Below, piece after piece: positions 31,552 through 42,870 of a DNA stretch of 64,000 bases (position 1 is the first letter of the stretch; each line of letters begins with the position of its first letter). Location: contig CAWJCY010000012.1 in assembly GCA_963841565.1 (NCBI GenBank), positions 160,001 through 224,000 on the forward strand, given 5' to 3'. Position numbers and translations under genes: made by a program. Under the pieces are notes generated by a model. That model made no database searches, was not told where the DNA came from, and was given only the letters and a program-made list of their open reading frames with translations. The stretch is from an uncultured Nitrososphaerales archaeon (lineage in GTDB: Archaea; Thermoproteota; Nitrososphaeria; Nitrososphaerales; Nitrososphaeraceae).

Positions 31552-32355
31552 TTGAGCATGGTAAGAGGCCAGCTGTTCGTCGTAGGGATAGGTCCTGGAG
31601 ATCATAACCAAATGACATTTCGTGCGAAAGAAGTCATCACAGCGAGCGAGGTCATAATAGGTTATGACACTTATATCACGTTGATTGAGGATCTAATTGT
31701 CGGTAAGGAGATTCACCGATATCCGATGACCCAAGAAGTTGATCGGGCAAATCAGGCAATTAGGACAGCAGAAGGTGGTAAGAAAGTGTCACTTGTATCT
31801 TCAGGTGATCCTGGAATCTATGGCATGATAGGCCTCGTCTATGAAATTCTCGCCGAGCGGAACTGGGAGCATGATAGTGGAATCTATGTAGAATGCGTAC
31901 CCGGCGTCTCCTCTCTGAATTCCTGTGCAGCGTTGGTCGGCTCTCCTTTAATGACTGACTTCGCAGTAGTTAGTATGAGCGACCTACTAGTCCCTTGGGA
32001 AATTATAGTAAAAAGGGTTGAAGCAGCAGCGAGAGGTGACTTTGTGACGGTCATTTATAATCCAACTAGTAAGAGAAGGGTTCACCAACTAAGGGACACC
32101 CGAGAAATATTCTTAAAGTACAGAAGTCCAAAGACGCCAGTAGCCATAATAAAAGGTGCCTATCGAGAAAGCCAAACCGTTGTAATTACGGATTTGCAAG
32201 GTTTGCTTGAACCCGAACATCAGCAAATTATGGGTATGATAACTACGGTCATCATAGGGAATACTTCAACCTTCAGATATCGCCATCTTATGATAAACCC
32301 AAGAGGGTACAAATCAAAATATGAGTTGGTTCATGATACCCCTGTAAATATGTAG
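31552..32355 (+). CDS. cbiH: Precorrin-3B C17-methyltransferase
   Basis: VVGIGPG, VSSGDPGIYGM, SDLLVPW, YNP and NPRGY motifs. Confidence 0.93.
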   Translation: MSMVRGQLFVVGIGPGDHNQMTFRAKEVITASEVIIGYDTYITLIEDLIVGKEIHRYPMTQEVDRANQAIRTAEGGKKVSLVSSGDPGIYGMIGLVYEILAERNWEHDSGIYVECVPGVSSLNSCAALVGSPLMTDFAVVSMSDLLVPWEIIVKRVEAAARGDFVTVIYNPTSKRRVHQLRDTREIFLKYRSPKTPVAIIKGAYRESQTVVITDLQGLLEPEHQQIMGMITTVIIGNTSTFRYRHLMINPRGYKSKYELVHDTPVNM

Positions 32356-32407
32356 CTGTACATATAATCATGGGGATGCTTCGACTTTTTGACAGTGGGC
32401 GGGGTGA

Positions 32408-33460
32408 CTAATTGTCGAATTCCGGCTCTCGTCCCTTGAAATGCTGTCTTACCGGATCTACTATTTTATTTAAGTAGATGGAAACAGCACGCTTAAGATC
32501 AGCTGGGTGAAGATCTCTGCTTTCGAAATCATTTTCGAGTTGGGCATAATTGCTGTATGATATCGTCCCCCCATATTTGGAGGCCCTTTCTACTTCGAAT
32601 TCAGAGAAATCATGAAGAATAATGTACCGAACTAACTCTCGTACTGGATTGTTCTTAGAAATCCCGGCAGGACAGTACGCCATGCCAATCTTGCGGTTAA
32701 TGGTCTCAACGTCGTCATGGACAAGTATGCTGCCACCTGGGTTGCTCTTGCTCATCTTGCTTCCAAACTTCCTGTTCCCAATTGTTGAACCATGCTTTTC
32801 CGACTGGTTAGGTTCAGACAATCCTGGAAGCAAATGATGGTGAACCGCTACAGGCATTTTCCAGCCTAATTTCGGAAAGATTTCCCTAACTAACATGTGT
32901 ATCTTCCTTTGATCCATTCCTGCATGAACAATGTCTGATCCTAATGACCTTATATCTATCGACTGCATAGATGGATATAGCAATTGGGAAAAGTCTAGAC
33001 TGTCTTTTTTGGTCCTTCCCATGATCGTGAGTGACCTCATAGTCCTCGCAAGAGTCAGGTGCTTACCAAATAAGATGAGGTCATTCCAATATTCATAACC
33101 TCTTTCACGATACATTTTGCTCCCCAAAACTATATTCAAGCCAGGACAAACGAGCTTGAATGCCTCAGCATAGTATTCAGAAAGATGGTTTATCTTACCC
33201 CAGTCCCCGCCGAGCTTGTTGTTGATATATGTATGCCAATCAGCGAGAAAGAGGGTACAGTCTACGCCCGCTCTCATAAAGTCATTTATCTTGAATCCTG
33301 TAAGTATGAGACTCCCAAGATGTAATAATCCTGAAATTTCTATACCAATGTAATGCTTAGGGACAGAGACGTTAAGAAATAAGTTAGATAACTCATCCTT
33401 TGTAACGATCTCCTCTGTAGGCTCTCGGGTAACTAGACTGAGACGTTCTTCGAGATCCAT
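32408..33460 (-). CDS. tyrS: Tyrosyl-tRNA synthetase
   Basis: YIGIEISGLLHLG (HIGH), YPSMQ, GMDQRK, KMSKS and LHPADLK motifs. Confidence 0.94.
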   Translation of the reverse strand: MDLEERLSLVTREPTEEIVTKDELSNLFLNVSVPKHYIGIEISGLLHLGSLILTGFKINDFMRAGVDCTLFLADWHTYINNKLGGDWGKINHLSEYYAEAFKLVCPGLNIVLGSKMYRERGYEYWNDLILFGKHLTLARTMRSLTIMGRTKKDSLDFSQLLYPSMQSIDIRSLGSDIVHAGMDQRKIHMLVREIFPKLGWKMPVAVHHHLLPGLSEPNQSEKHGSTIGNRKFGSKMSKSNPGGSILVHDDVETINRKIGMAYCPAGISKNNPVRELVRYIILHDFSEFEVERASKYGGTISYSNYAQLENDFESRDLHPADLKRAVSIYLNKIVDPVRQHFKGREPEFDN

Positions 33461-33619
33461 ATAGATAGGTGGCAAATCTCAATTGCCTTATTAACATCTT
33501 GCGTTGTACACTTGAAATTATTTAGGTCTCCCCGGAGATTTTGGATCTGGAATTAATAGGTTAGCCTTAATGTTGATATCTCTGTAGATAGCTCTGATCT
33601 GTCGCGATAAGTCCTCATC

Positions 33620-34439
33620 ATGCCCTACAGCGAAGAACAGATCCTTAACACTATTCAATCATTGTCGTATTTCAAATCACGGGCCATTTCCCCTTACCAT
33701 GAGAGATTCAGCTTTCCATTTTTTAGTGGGACTTTTTTCGTCTATCGCAAGATTGATGTGAAACGGATTGTTACAATCGCAAAGACGGTTTGCCAGGATC
33801 CCTCATATTTGGACGTCGGATGTGGCTACGGTGAATTCCTTACGAAGATAAGGAACTACATTCCAGACGCCTTAGGCATGGAATTAGATCCAAGTATCTT
33901 CTATTGCTTGGGATTGCATGTTCCGTCCTACATCAAGATCTGGGATCCAAAGTGGGGATTGGATCACGATTTTGATATTATCTTCATAGGCTGGATGGAA
34001 CCAGGCACAGACTTTCGAGACGAAATTTCAAAACATACACAAGTGATAGTTACCACGTTGGATCAAGGTTTAAGTTTAGCTGCCGAGTACCGAGGGCCAC
34101 GGCTTCGAACTCATTGCATGGTGGAGATCTCCTTCTTGGGAAGATGTAAACATTGAGATAATGAATAGGCACTACACACGAATTTCAAATGAAGGGCTAG
34201 AAAGACTGGCCAGCATGAGAGGTGCTCACAATCTGTGGTATATTTACAGCAGCGATAAAGACATTTCGGAAAAAATAAGACGAAACTTAGCCAGAGCTGC
34301 TAATGAAGAACGATCTGACTTGAATGAAACGTATGACTACGAAGATGTCCTAGATGAATGTGGTTTTGGATTCCATCAAGAGTTATCCACGTTGACTGAT
34401 GGCGCACGTGAAAAACTTTGGGAAATAAGATATACTTAG
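33620..34439 (+). CDS. Class I SAM-dependent methyltransferase-like protein (+1 frameshift near 34091)
   Basis: YLDVGCGYG motif I; removing one C joins the two ORFs (AEYEGHGFE...PSWEDVNIEIMNR). Confidence 0.75.
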
Positions 34440-34523
34440 TTTAGCATGAGACTTTTTTTTGGCAAAATGTTGCATACCCCAAAATGAAAGACTTAAAAAT
34501 TCTACCTACCGAAACTAACCCAG

Positions 34524-35794
34524 TTGAAAGTAACAGGTACCTGGGTGCAGCAAAAGAGGTAGGAAGATCAGGTTTTCTAGTTGACACAGGAAACAAGAAA
34601 ATCCTAATGGACTATGGAGTTCTACTCAAAAGAGATCGAGAACCAGCTTTCCCTCTCCATGTGAAACCAAAAGATATTGATGCAGTAGTATTGACGCATG
34701 CCCACTTGGACCATTCTGGCTTTGTACCTTCCTTATTTCTATCTGATGTCATAGGGCTACAGGCACTTGGCACAGCCCCAACCTTTGATTTGTCTTACCT
34801 CTTAATAGAAGACATGATAAAGATTTCAGGATTCTACCTCCCCTTCGAATATTTGGATGTTTTGAATATGAAAAACCATTCTAGAGAATTAGGCTATCGT
34901 GAACCATACCTTTTAGATGGTGTACAGATTAGCCTATTCGAATCAGGCCATGTTTTAGGAGGGGCAACTATTACGATATCTCATGAAAGCAAGACAATTT
35001 TTTATACCGGTGATATAAATACGAGAGGCTCGAAATTGCTGAGACCGGCAGACCTTAACGTGGGTGAAATTGATCTGATGATCATCGAAAGTACTTACTC
35101 CCAGTCTGACCAGACTCCAAGAGAAGAATCAGAACGCGAGCTATTGGACTTCGCAAATGGAATAATAGGAGATGGGGGGACAATTTTTATACCGGCCTTC
35201 TCAGTAGAACGAGCTCAAGAAATTGCGTGTGTTCTACAAGCACACAATTTCCCTCACAAAGTGGTCATGGACGGGATGGCTTTGAAGGCCAACGAGATAA
35301 TGCTGAAACATCCGTCGTTTTTGCGGGATCCAAATACCTTCAAGGAGGCTATAACCCGAGCTGAATGGATAAAAGGATGGAATAGAAGGAAGAAAGTTGT
35401 GAATGAACCGTGCGCTATTATTTCACCGGCTGGAATGTTAGTTGGTGGATCGGCTGTACACTATATGCAGGAGTTATGCAAGAGCGACAAAAATGGAATT
35501 GCTATTGTATCATATCAAGGAGAAGGCACTCCTGGACGAATGTTGTTAGAAAGGGGGGTTTCAAGTTTTCAGGGTAAATTGACTAAGTGCCAAGCAGCCG
35601 TTAGGCAGTTTGACTTTTCTGGTCATAATAGCAGAACCGAATTGTTTGAAATTTTGGATACAGTTAAAGGATCTCCAGAGGTTCTTACTGTACACGGTGA
35701 TGGAAAGGCCTGTACTGAATTCGCACGTGAGATTCACGAGAAATATGGTTTCAAAGCCCACGCGCCCGAAGCGGGAGAGGTAGTACAGCTCTGA
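34524..35794 (+). CDS. Beta-CASP metallo-beta-lactamase ribonuclease (aCPSF2-like); probable frameshift near 34535
   Basis: LGAAKEVGRS, THAHLDH, GHVLG, YTGD, ESTY, FSGH and VHG motifs; TTG AAA GTA ACA start is out of frame with the LGAA segment. Confidence 0.9.
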
Positions 35795-35977
35795 AAACCA
35801 TAGGTTTATCTTCAGTGTAATGTGTGGGGGATTTAGGATTTCAACTCCATGAAATTAAAAGTTCGAGTTCAAACAAGTACCTTGTGAGCGTGAGATCCTG
35901 TTTCAGAAAACATCAAGATCTCTTTACTCGATCAGGATGATTGGTATCAGACTGAATTCCCATCTATTGCATACAAT

Positions 35978-37162
35978 TCAGTTAGCAGAGGCAATAAATC
36001 CTTCAAGTTTATCCATGGCCTTATCAAGCACTCCTTCGGATGGAAGATATACTAGCCTGAAATGATTCGACCCATAAGTGTTGCCAAACCCCGAACCATA
36101 GACGCTAATAACACCGGTTCTACTTAGGAAATCCAAAACGAAACTCTTATCATCCCTCCACCTGGGAGCCAGATCAAGCTTGGGAAATACGTAGAACGCA
36201 CCTCTAGGAACAGGACAGGAAATCCCTTTGATAGCATTCAATCGCTTCACAATGAAATCACGTCTTCTACGCAATTGTTCAACCATTACACGAATATGAT
36301 CTTGAGGTCCGCGCAAAGCTTCCACTGCTGCCATCTGAACCGGCAGGTTTGAAGAGATCCTTACTCTTGCTAACTTCGGAAGATTTTCTCGTAACTGGTT
36401 GAGCTTTTCAGAATTGCTGTTCATGCAAACATACCCACATCTCCAACCAGTCATTAGATATGCTTTTGAAAAGCCATTAAGTAGTACTACTGGAAGATCT
36501 GAAGCAACTTTCCCTATACCAGTAAATGACTCTTCGAAGACTATCTTGTCGTATATCTCGTCACAAATAAAATAAAGATCATGTTCTGCTGCTACATCAA
36601 TTAGCTTCTTGAGGCTGTTCGCATCAAACACCTCTCCCGTGGGATTATTTGGACTTATAATGCAAATGGCTATGCTTCTAGGAGTGATCTTTGAAACAAG
36701 ATCATCAATATCTGGAGTTCCATCTGGAAATATTCTAAATTCAACGGGGATCCCGCCATAGAATCTAGTATAGGAAGAATATGGAGGATAATATGGTCCT
36801 GGCATCAGGACTTCGGAGTTGGAGTCAACGATTGACGCAAGTACCATATCAAGGCCCTCTGAAACCCCATTTGTTACTAAAACATCCTCTTCTTGGGTGT
36901 AAAAGCCTTTTGAACGTTCCTTTTCGACGATTGCTTGTCTTAACTCGAGTACACCTTCAGATTCGGCATAGTAGTTATTGTCGTTCTTCACGGCTTCAAT
37001 TAAGGCTTTTTTAATATGCTCTGGTGTCTTAAACCCAAACTTCACTGGATCTCCTATGTTAAGGTAGATCAATTCACTGCCTTTCTTTTCATATTCCCTA
37101 GCCCGCAGCATAATGTCTCTGATAGCATATTCTACACCGCTGGTCCGCATTGAAATCTTCAA
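35978..37162 (-). CDS. PLP-dependent aminotransferase class I/II (AlaAT/AspAT-like)
   Basis: LNIGDP, NGVSEG, PNNPTG, DEIY and GFSKAYLMTGWRCG motifs. Confidence 0.93.
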   Translation of the reverse strand: MKISMRTSGVEYAIRDIMLRAREYEKKGSELIYLNIGDPVKFGFKTPEHIKKALIEAVKNDNNYYAESEGVLELRQAIVEKERSKGFYTQEEDVLVTNGVSEGLDMVLASIVDSNSEVLMPGPYYPPYSSYTRFYGGIPVEFRIFPDGTPDIDDLVSKITPRSIAICIISPNNPTGEVFDANSLKKLIDVAAEHDLYFICDEIYDKIVFEESFTGIGKVASDLPVVLLNGFSKAYLMTGWRCGYVCMNSNSEKLNQLRENLPKLARVRISSNLPVQMAAVEALRGPQDHIRVMVEQLRRRRDFIVKRLNAIKGISCPVPRGAFYVFPKLDLAPRWRDDKSFVLDFLSRTGVISVYGSGFGNTYGSNHFRLVYLPSEGVLDKAMDKLEGFIASAN

Positions 37163-37315
37163 GCTATCATTGTACCTGTAAATTGACCAAAATAAAATGT
37201 TATTTGTCAATAAAGAGTTGTCTTCTTTGGCAGACGGATGGTTTTCCTATCGATGAGCTCGTAATATGAAAGCATTCATACTTTTTATTTAACCCACTGA
37301 TCATTAACCATACAA

Positions 37316-37390
37316 GGGTCCGTAGCGTAGTCAGGATATCGCAGCGGTCTTCGGAACCGCAGATCGAGGGATCGAAGCCCTCCGGATCCG
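37316..37390 (+). tRNA. tRNA-Arg(UCG)
   Basis: GGGTCCG/CGGATCC acceptor; GCGGT-CTTCGGA-ACCGC; T-arm GAGGG-ATCGAAG-CCCTC. Confidence 0.93.
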
Positions 37391-37806
37391 TTGTGTCCAG
37401 GAAACCCCCTTTTAGTTGGTGAAGCTCAATCTTTTGTGAAATGTAAGTCAATGTCCCATCCACACGACATACATGGAGGATTAATCGATTCTCTCGAACA
37501 GACCAATAATCTACGGATATTCTAACAATTCAAAAGGAGGTTCTAAATTGACACTGGCGTAACTCCATACTTACACTTTGACTACTATTTGATGCACCGA
37601 TTAAAGTCTGTCTATTGTAGAAAAGTTAGTCCATTTTCTCTTCTCGAAGCTAATATTCTTAACACTAATATTCTGATTATTCCTTCAAGAATTCCTTAGC
37701 GAGTTGGCTACCTTTTATGCTTGTCCTAAGACTACGATGCGAGGTATGAGCTTCCGGCCAATAGATAAATACCAAAACCTAAAGAGTTCATATTACCGTG
37801 TTTTGA

Positions 37807-37880
37807 GGGGTCGTTGTCTAGCATGGTATGATGCCAGCCTCGGGCGCTGGAGTTCGCCGGTTCAAATCCGGCCGACCCCA
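37807..37880 (+). tRNA. tRNA-Pro(CGG)
   Basis: GGGGTCG/CGACCCC acceptor; CCAGC-CTCGGGC-GCTGG; GCCGG-TTCAAAT-CCGGC. Confidence 0.93.
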
Positions 37881-38027
37881 TATTTTGGAGCATTAGGTTC
37901 AAAAACAAAAATTGATAACGGTCCTACCCACTTAACTTGCAACACAGATTATAAGACTAGATTTAACTGTAACCTCCTTGCTTGGCAACTTCTAGATTTA
38001 AATATCCTCTGATGTGTATCACAATTG

Positions 38028-38349
38028 ATGTCTGACACACAACCACAACAAAATCAACAAGTGTATAAGGAAGGACCTCGCGACGCGATATATATTGGGA
38101 AGAAACCATTAATGGCATATGTAACCTCAACTCTCATACAGTTGGCTAATCAGCCAAAAGTAACCATCAAGGCTAGAGGATTAAGTATAGGAAGAGCAGT
38201 TGATGTATCACAAATCATTCTTAAGAGAATGGAAAACGCAGGATATACAATAGGCGATGTAAGAATTGGATCAGAGACCTGTACACTCAGAGGATGGGAG
38301 AACTAGAAACGTGTCAACAATAGAGATTGAAGTAAACAGAGCCTCTTAA
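38028..38349 (+). CDS. albA: DNA/RNA-binding protein Alba (+1 frameshift near 38280)
   Basis: IYIGKKPLMAYV, IKARGLSIGRAVDV; repaired C-terminus ...EDGRTRNVSTIEIEV. Confidence 0.93.
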
Positions 38350-38394
38350 TCTCTCCGCCATTTTTGTTGCTTATTTTCATTATGCTTAAATACT

Positions 38395-39027
38395 TTGTCG
38401 AAGAATGCGGCGATTTATCTTGCTCATCTGAACCCTGTAACAAAATCACACTCTAATATAATCTCCCGCTTAACTAAGGACTATCAAGTATATTTATTTC
38501 CAGTCAAGTTTGTGAACAAAAGTCGAGAATTAAACACAAGGAGCTTTCCTTTCAGTTTTGAAACTAGAAAGTCCATGGTAGAGGAGTTATTTGGGGATTC
38601 AGTGAAGATAGTTTCAGCGTACACGTTTCGTGCTCCATTTTTAAGATATTTGCCTCCACTTATTTCTCCTTACTCGTGGACCATGAGAAAGGATATTTTG
38701 GAAAGTGTTGTTGAGAATGAATTTTTCTCTTACACTGGCGATAGAGCGGAATCCTGGATGTTAAAAATATATGGTTTGAAACCTAGGTTAGGTAAGAGGT
38801 TAGAAATTTCTGGTACGTTAGTACGGGACCTTTTATATCGGAATGCCAGCAGCCATCCCAAATGGGAAGGTAACAAGAGAGAGCCTTGGCATGACTATGT
38901 GCCTCCCCAAGTAGTAGAGATCATCTATAAAAATTGGGCGGCCGTCGAACAGTTTGCTGATGCTGATGATAGGACAGTAAGACTCTTTGGTATGAAATTC
39001 CCCCAGGAAGGAGTTCTGTCTCCATAG
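38395..39027 (+). CDS. HUP-fold nucleotidyltransferase-like protein (NMNAT/CoaD-like)
   Basis: IYLAHLNPVTKSH (degenerate T/HxGH), PFSFETRKSM, ISGTLVR and W..YVP motifs. Confidence 0.7.
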   Translation: MSKNAAIYLAHLNPVTKSHSNIISRLTKDYQVYLFPVKFVNKSRELNTRSFPFSFETRKSMVEELFGDSVKIVSAYTFRAPFLRYLPPLISPYSWTMRKDILESVVENEFFSYTGDRAESWMLKIYGLKPRLGKRLEISGTLVRDLLYRNASSHPKWEGNKREPWHDYVPPQVVEIIYKNWAAVEQFADADDRTVRLFGMKFPQEGVLSP

Positions 39028-39054
39028 AACATATTTATATTAGACAGGGAGACG

Positions 39055-39984
39055 TTGCGTTGGATGAAAACGAAAGGCGCAGAATTCATTTGGCGGGATG
39101 GCAAATTCGTAAAGTGGGAAGACGCTAAAGTACCCATCTTTACACACGCGCTGCATTATGGAACTGCAATCTTTGAGGGAATTCGTGCTTATTCGTCGAA
39201 GGACAACAAGCTCTATGTATTCAGACTTGCTGAGCATATGGAGAGGCTTCACCGCTCCGCCCAAGTATATCGCATTAATGTAAATTACTCAGCCAAGGAG
39301 CTTTGTGATGCTACTGTGGAGCTACTGAGAAAGAACAATATCTTTGAATCATGTTACATTAGACCTCTAAATTTTGTAGGCCTACATGGCATTGATTTGA
39401 ATGTGACATTGGATTCGCCAACTTATTGCGCAATTATTGTATTTCCATTTGCGAGATATTTTAGTGAAGAAGGGATTAAAGTAGGCGTTTCGTCGTGGCG
39501 GAGGATAAATGATACCTCTATTCCTCCAATGGCAAAAGCATCTGGTAACTATCTTAATTCCGTTCTCGCTACTCAAGAGAGCAAAAGACATGGATTTGAT
39601 GAATCTATTATGCTTGACCAGGAAGGTAACATTAGCGAGGCTCCCGGGGAAAATATCTTTCTCGTGAGAGATCATTCAATTTACACACCTTTCATAGGAA
39701 ACTCTGCCCTTGAAGGGATTACACGAAATACTGCATTTGAAATTGCAGCTAATTTAGGGTATAGTATTGTTGAAAGGCCTATCTCAAGGACTGAGCTCTA
39801 TATGGCCGACGAACTTTTTTTGACTGGAACTGCGGCTGAAATAGTTGGTATCCTAAGTGTTGATGGACATCCTGTAGGTGACGGCAGGGAAGGACAAATT
39901 ACTAGGCGTATTCGACAAGCATACTCCAGGATAGTTACGGCAGAGGAACCCAGATTTTCGAGTTGGCTAACTAGTGTATGGTAG
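39055..39984 (+). CDS. ilvE: Branched-chain amino acid aminotransferase
   Basis: HALHYGTAIFEGIRAY, YIRP, AKASGNY, LEGITR and FLTGTAAEI motifs. Confidence 0.96.
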   Translation: MRWMKTKGAEFIWRDGKFVKWEDAKVPIFTHALHYGTAIFEGIRAYSSKDNKLYVFRLAEHMERLHRSAQVYRINVNYSAKELCDATVELLRKNNIFESCYIRPLNFVGLHGIDLNVTLDSPTYCAIIVFPFARYFSEEGIKVGVSSWRRINDTSIPPMAKASGNYLNSVLATQESKRHGFDESIMLDQEGNISEAPGENIFLVRDHSIYTPFIGNSALEGITRNTAFEIAANLGYSIVERPISRTELYMADELFLTGTAAEIVGILSVDGHPVGDGREGQITRRIRQAYSRIVTAEEPRFSSWLTSVW

Positions 39985-40955
39985 CCTCAGAGTATGCGGA
40001 TCTCCATGTAGCTGTCATAGGTGTAGGAGGATGGGGAAAAAATCATGCAAGAGTCTTGAACAATCTCGGAGCTTTAAGAGCTGTTTGCGACATGGATGTG
40101 AAACGTGGCACCGAAATATCAGAAAAGTACCATGTGAATTGCTACACATCACTTGATCAAATGCTGCAAAAGGAGCAAAAATTAGATGCATGCTTCATAT
40201 GCACTCCGACTAAGAGTCATTATCAGCTCGCAAGTAGAGTAATCAATAGGGGAATGCATCTCTTTGTTGAGAAACCATTATCGTTCTCTTCGAAGGAATG
40301 TGATGATCTTGTTGATTTGGCACGAAACAAGAAAATAATCTTAACTGCAGGGTACATAGAAAGATATAATCCTGTCGTTCAAGATGTCAAAAGGATAATC
40401 CAGAGCAAGCAGTATGGTGAACCATTGATGATGGAGTTCCACAGAGAAAATAGGATGCCAATACACATAACTGACGTTGGAATAATTTACGACACATCAG
40501 TTCATGACATTGATACTGCGATGTATCTTTTTGACAGTAAACCGATCGTAGTTTTTGCTCGGACGGGAAAAAAATTTCATGCCTTCGAAGACTTTGCCAC
40601 TATCATGCTGGGTTTCGAAGATCAACGAGTGGCTATTATTGCATCGAACTGGATCACGCCTAAAAGAGTGCGAAGGTTTAGTGCCGTCTGTACTGATGGA
40701 ATTATAACTGGGGATTTTATTAGTCAGGAAATCAGGATAGATGATATGGACGCGACTACTATACCAAGAAGGGAATTCAAAGAACCTTTGTCTGTAGAGA
40801 TAACCTCCTTCCTTGATGCTGTGGCCGGAACTCATGATGTCACTAATACACTAGTATCATCAATTGAGGCAACTCGTGTGACCAGGGTGGCCGAATCTGC
40901 GATATTGTCTAGCAATACGGGTTCCCCGATATATTTGGACTTTAAGGAGAGGTAA
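39978..40955 (+). CDS. Gfo/Idh/MocA NAD-dependent oxidoreductase (WlbA/WbpB-like)
   Basis: GVGGWG, EKP, GYIERYNP and DTSVHDID motifs. Confidence 0.9.
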   Translation: MVASEYADLHVAVIGVGGWGKNHARVLNNLGALRAVCDMDVKRGTEISEKYHVNCYTSLDQMLQKEQKLDACFICTPTKSHYQLASRVINRGMHLFVEKPLSFSSKECDDLVDLARNKKIILTAGYIERYNPVVQDVKRIIQSKQYGEPLMMEFHRENRMPIHITDVGIIYDTSVHDIDTAMYLFDSKPIVVFARTGKKFHAFEDFATIMLGFEDQRVAIIASNWITPKRVRRFSAVCTDGIITGDFISQEIRIDDMDATTIPRREFKEPLSVEITSFLDAVAGTHDVTNTLVSSIEATRVTRVAESAILSSNTGSPIYLDFKER

Positions 40956-41330
40956 GTGGTTATGAGAAAATCACTACTTGAGATTTTGGCTTGTCCTATT
41001 GACAAGCACAGCCCTCTGGAGCTTATTGAAATAAATGTACATCTGGCCAACGACTCCTCTTCAGATAAACGAAGTGACAATAAAAAGACGCTGGAAGAAC
41101 AAACAGATAATGATACCGCGTATGATAACGTTATAGTCAAGGAAGGTGTTCTTTTTTGCAGTAGTTGTTCGAGGTTCTTCCCCATAATAGATGAGATCCC
41201 TATCATGCTTCCTGATGAGCTTCGAGAAAGGGAAAAAGATCTGCAATTCTTACTAGATTGGGAAACCAAGATACCTAGCAAGATACTTGATCATGGTGTA
41301 CCATGGCATATTGAGCGAAAAAATACTTGA
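40956..41330 (+). CDS. trm112: Trm112-family methyltransferase activator
   Basis: LLEILACPIDK...EGVLFCSSCSRFFPIIDEIPIMLPDE. Confidence 0.88.
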   Translation: MVMRKSLLEILACPIDKHSPLELIEINVHLANDSSSDKRSDNKKTLEEQTDNDTAYDNVIVKEGVLFCSSCSRFFPIIDEIPIMLPDELREREKDLQFLLDWETKIPSKILDHGVPWHIERKNT

Positions 41331-41593
41331 AATAAAAGGGTAGGAAGCTAAGTTAGACAGCCAATGTGTTGGATGGCCAATACGAAGGTTGGTCTTGTTC
41401 ATGATACTGTTTTATCTTTTCTTTGCACTTAATTGACAAGCTTACATCTAAAGCGCGCGAGTCTGACGTCGCAGGTTAGAATCTACTCATTTACCTTGCA
41501 TATTTTCAAACACTGCCTGCTATAGTAGGCTTATTTCGCCCAGTATAAGCTACGGCTGTGGTCATTCATTTAGCATGCCCAATCATATTGCTT

Positions 41594-42794
41594 CTACTCA
41601 TTGACCATTGCTTCACACACTGGATTTGCCTTCATGATTATCATATCGAGATTATGATTATTCGTTTTCGAAATGGCACCAAAGTCGTCTTTCGAACAAG
41701 CTATTACGACCGTATTCTTATCTGTTGGATAGATATCTAGTGAAGTACCGGATCTTCGTTCTACGTCGCCAATATAGTCCTTTAACCTCGACTCCATTGT
41801 GGAAAACAATTCAATCTTGTCTCCTTTCATCTCATTTTGGTCAAGGGTCCAAGCAATAATTACCCTTGTCCTACTTGCCTTTAGTTCAGCCATCTTTAGA
41901 ACTAACCGAAGTCTGTCTATCAAATGTTTAACGTATCCTTCAATTCCTTTTATAGTACCATTCACCAGATATGCCAAAGGACCTGCTCCTGAAAGGGATG
42001 AAGCAACGACACGAAGATCGTATAATCCATTTGATATTTCATCGATGTATAAATCGCCATACTTATTCTGAAGTACTTGAGAAGGAAATCCGGACGAATG
42101 TGTTTGTTTGCAAACCTCTAAAGTGCTAGCCAATCCGGTGTAATGCTCCAAGATTCTAATAACGTGGGCAAGTTCAGCTGAATAGATATCAACTATATTA
42201 GAACCCTCTGTTTCAGGCAGATCCTGAATAAGGCCTAACAAATGGAGATCCTTCTTGTTTGAGGACGATGATCCGACCAATAGATCTGATTGACTTAATT
42301 CAGAAACAGATGTAATTGGCATATAATAGTAATAAATGTCTCTTCCTATCACATACCCCGTCAGGTGCTCAATTAGTGCAATGTTCTCGGTATTACCCCC
42401 TACCCCAGTAGGGAGAGTAAACACAATTGAAGTCCCTGGGCTTATGGACCTCACGACATCTCTTAATTTTGAGGAAATGTCCGCTCTTACATCCTGACCA
42501 GTCTTCCGAACCTTTGGAGAAAAGAAAACGTACGACGCCATTTTGATGGCAACATCCACAGGCTGCAGCTCAAGCAATGGTTCATCTTCCAAAAGAGAGC
42601 TTACGGTAGGATAGGTCTTAGTGATTTCAGGTTTAAGCATTATTGCCATTCGTGCAGATTCGTCGATCAAGGACACCTTATGTCCTCTAATTGCAATTGC
42701 GGAGGCAATTTTGTACCCTTCAGGTACTGAGTCCATATACAACAACTGGCTCAGATGATTTGCCTAGACTCAGACTGAATTCGCCTCCCCTCAA
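41594..42794 (-). CDS. Degenerate UDP-glucose/GDP-mannose dehydrogenase-like protein (+1 frameshift near 42723)
   Basis: Repaired N-terminus LRGGEFSLSLGKSSEPVVVYGLSTEGY; domain order resembles nucleotide-sugar dehydrogenases but the catalytic motifs are altered. Confidence 0.65.
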
Positions 42795-42870
42795 ACATAA
42801 GATAACGCTGCTATGTAAGAGTTAAAGAAAAGTCTTTTCTATTCATGGTTAGTAGTCTACTCTATATTTC

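Noticed and set aside
35910-35955. AGGATGA-11 nt-CTGA, possible C/D box sRNA
   Set aside because: The upstream C box is poor (ATCAAGA) and no target could be verified.
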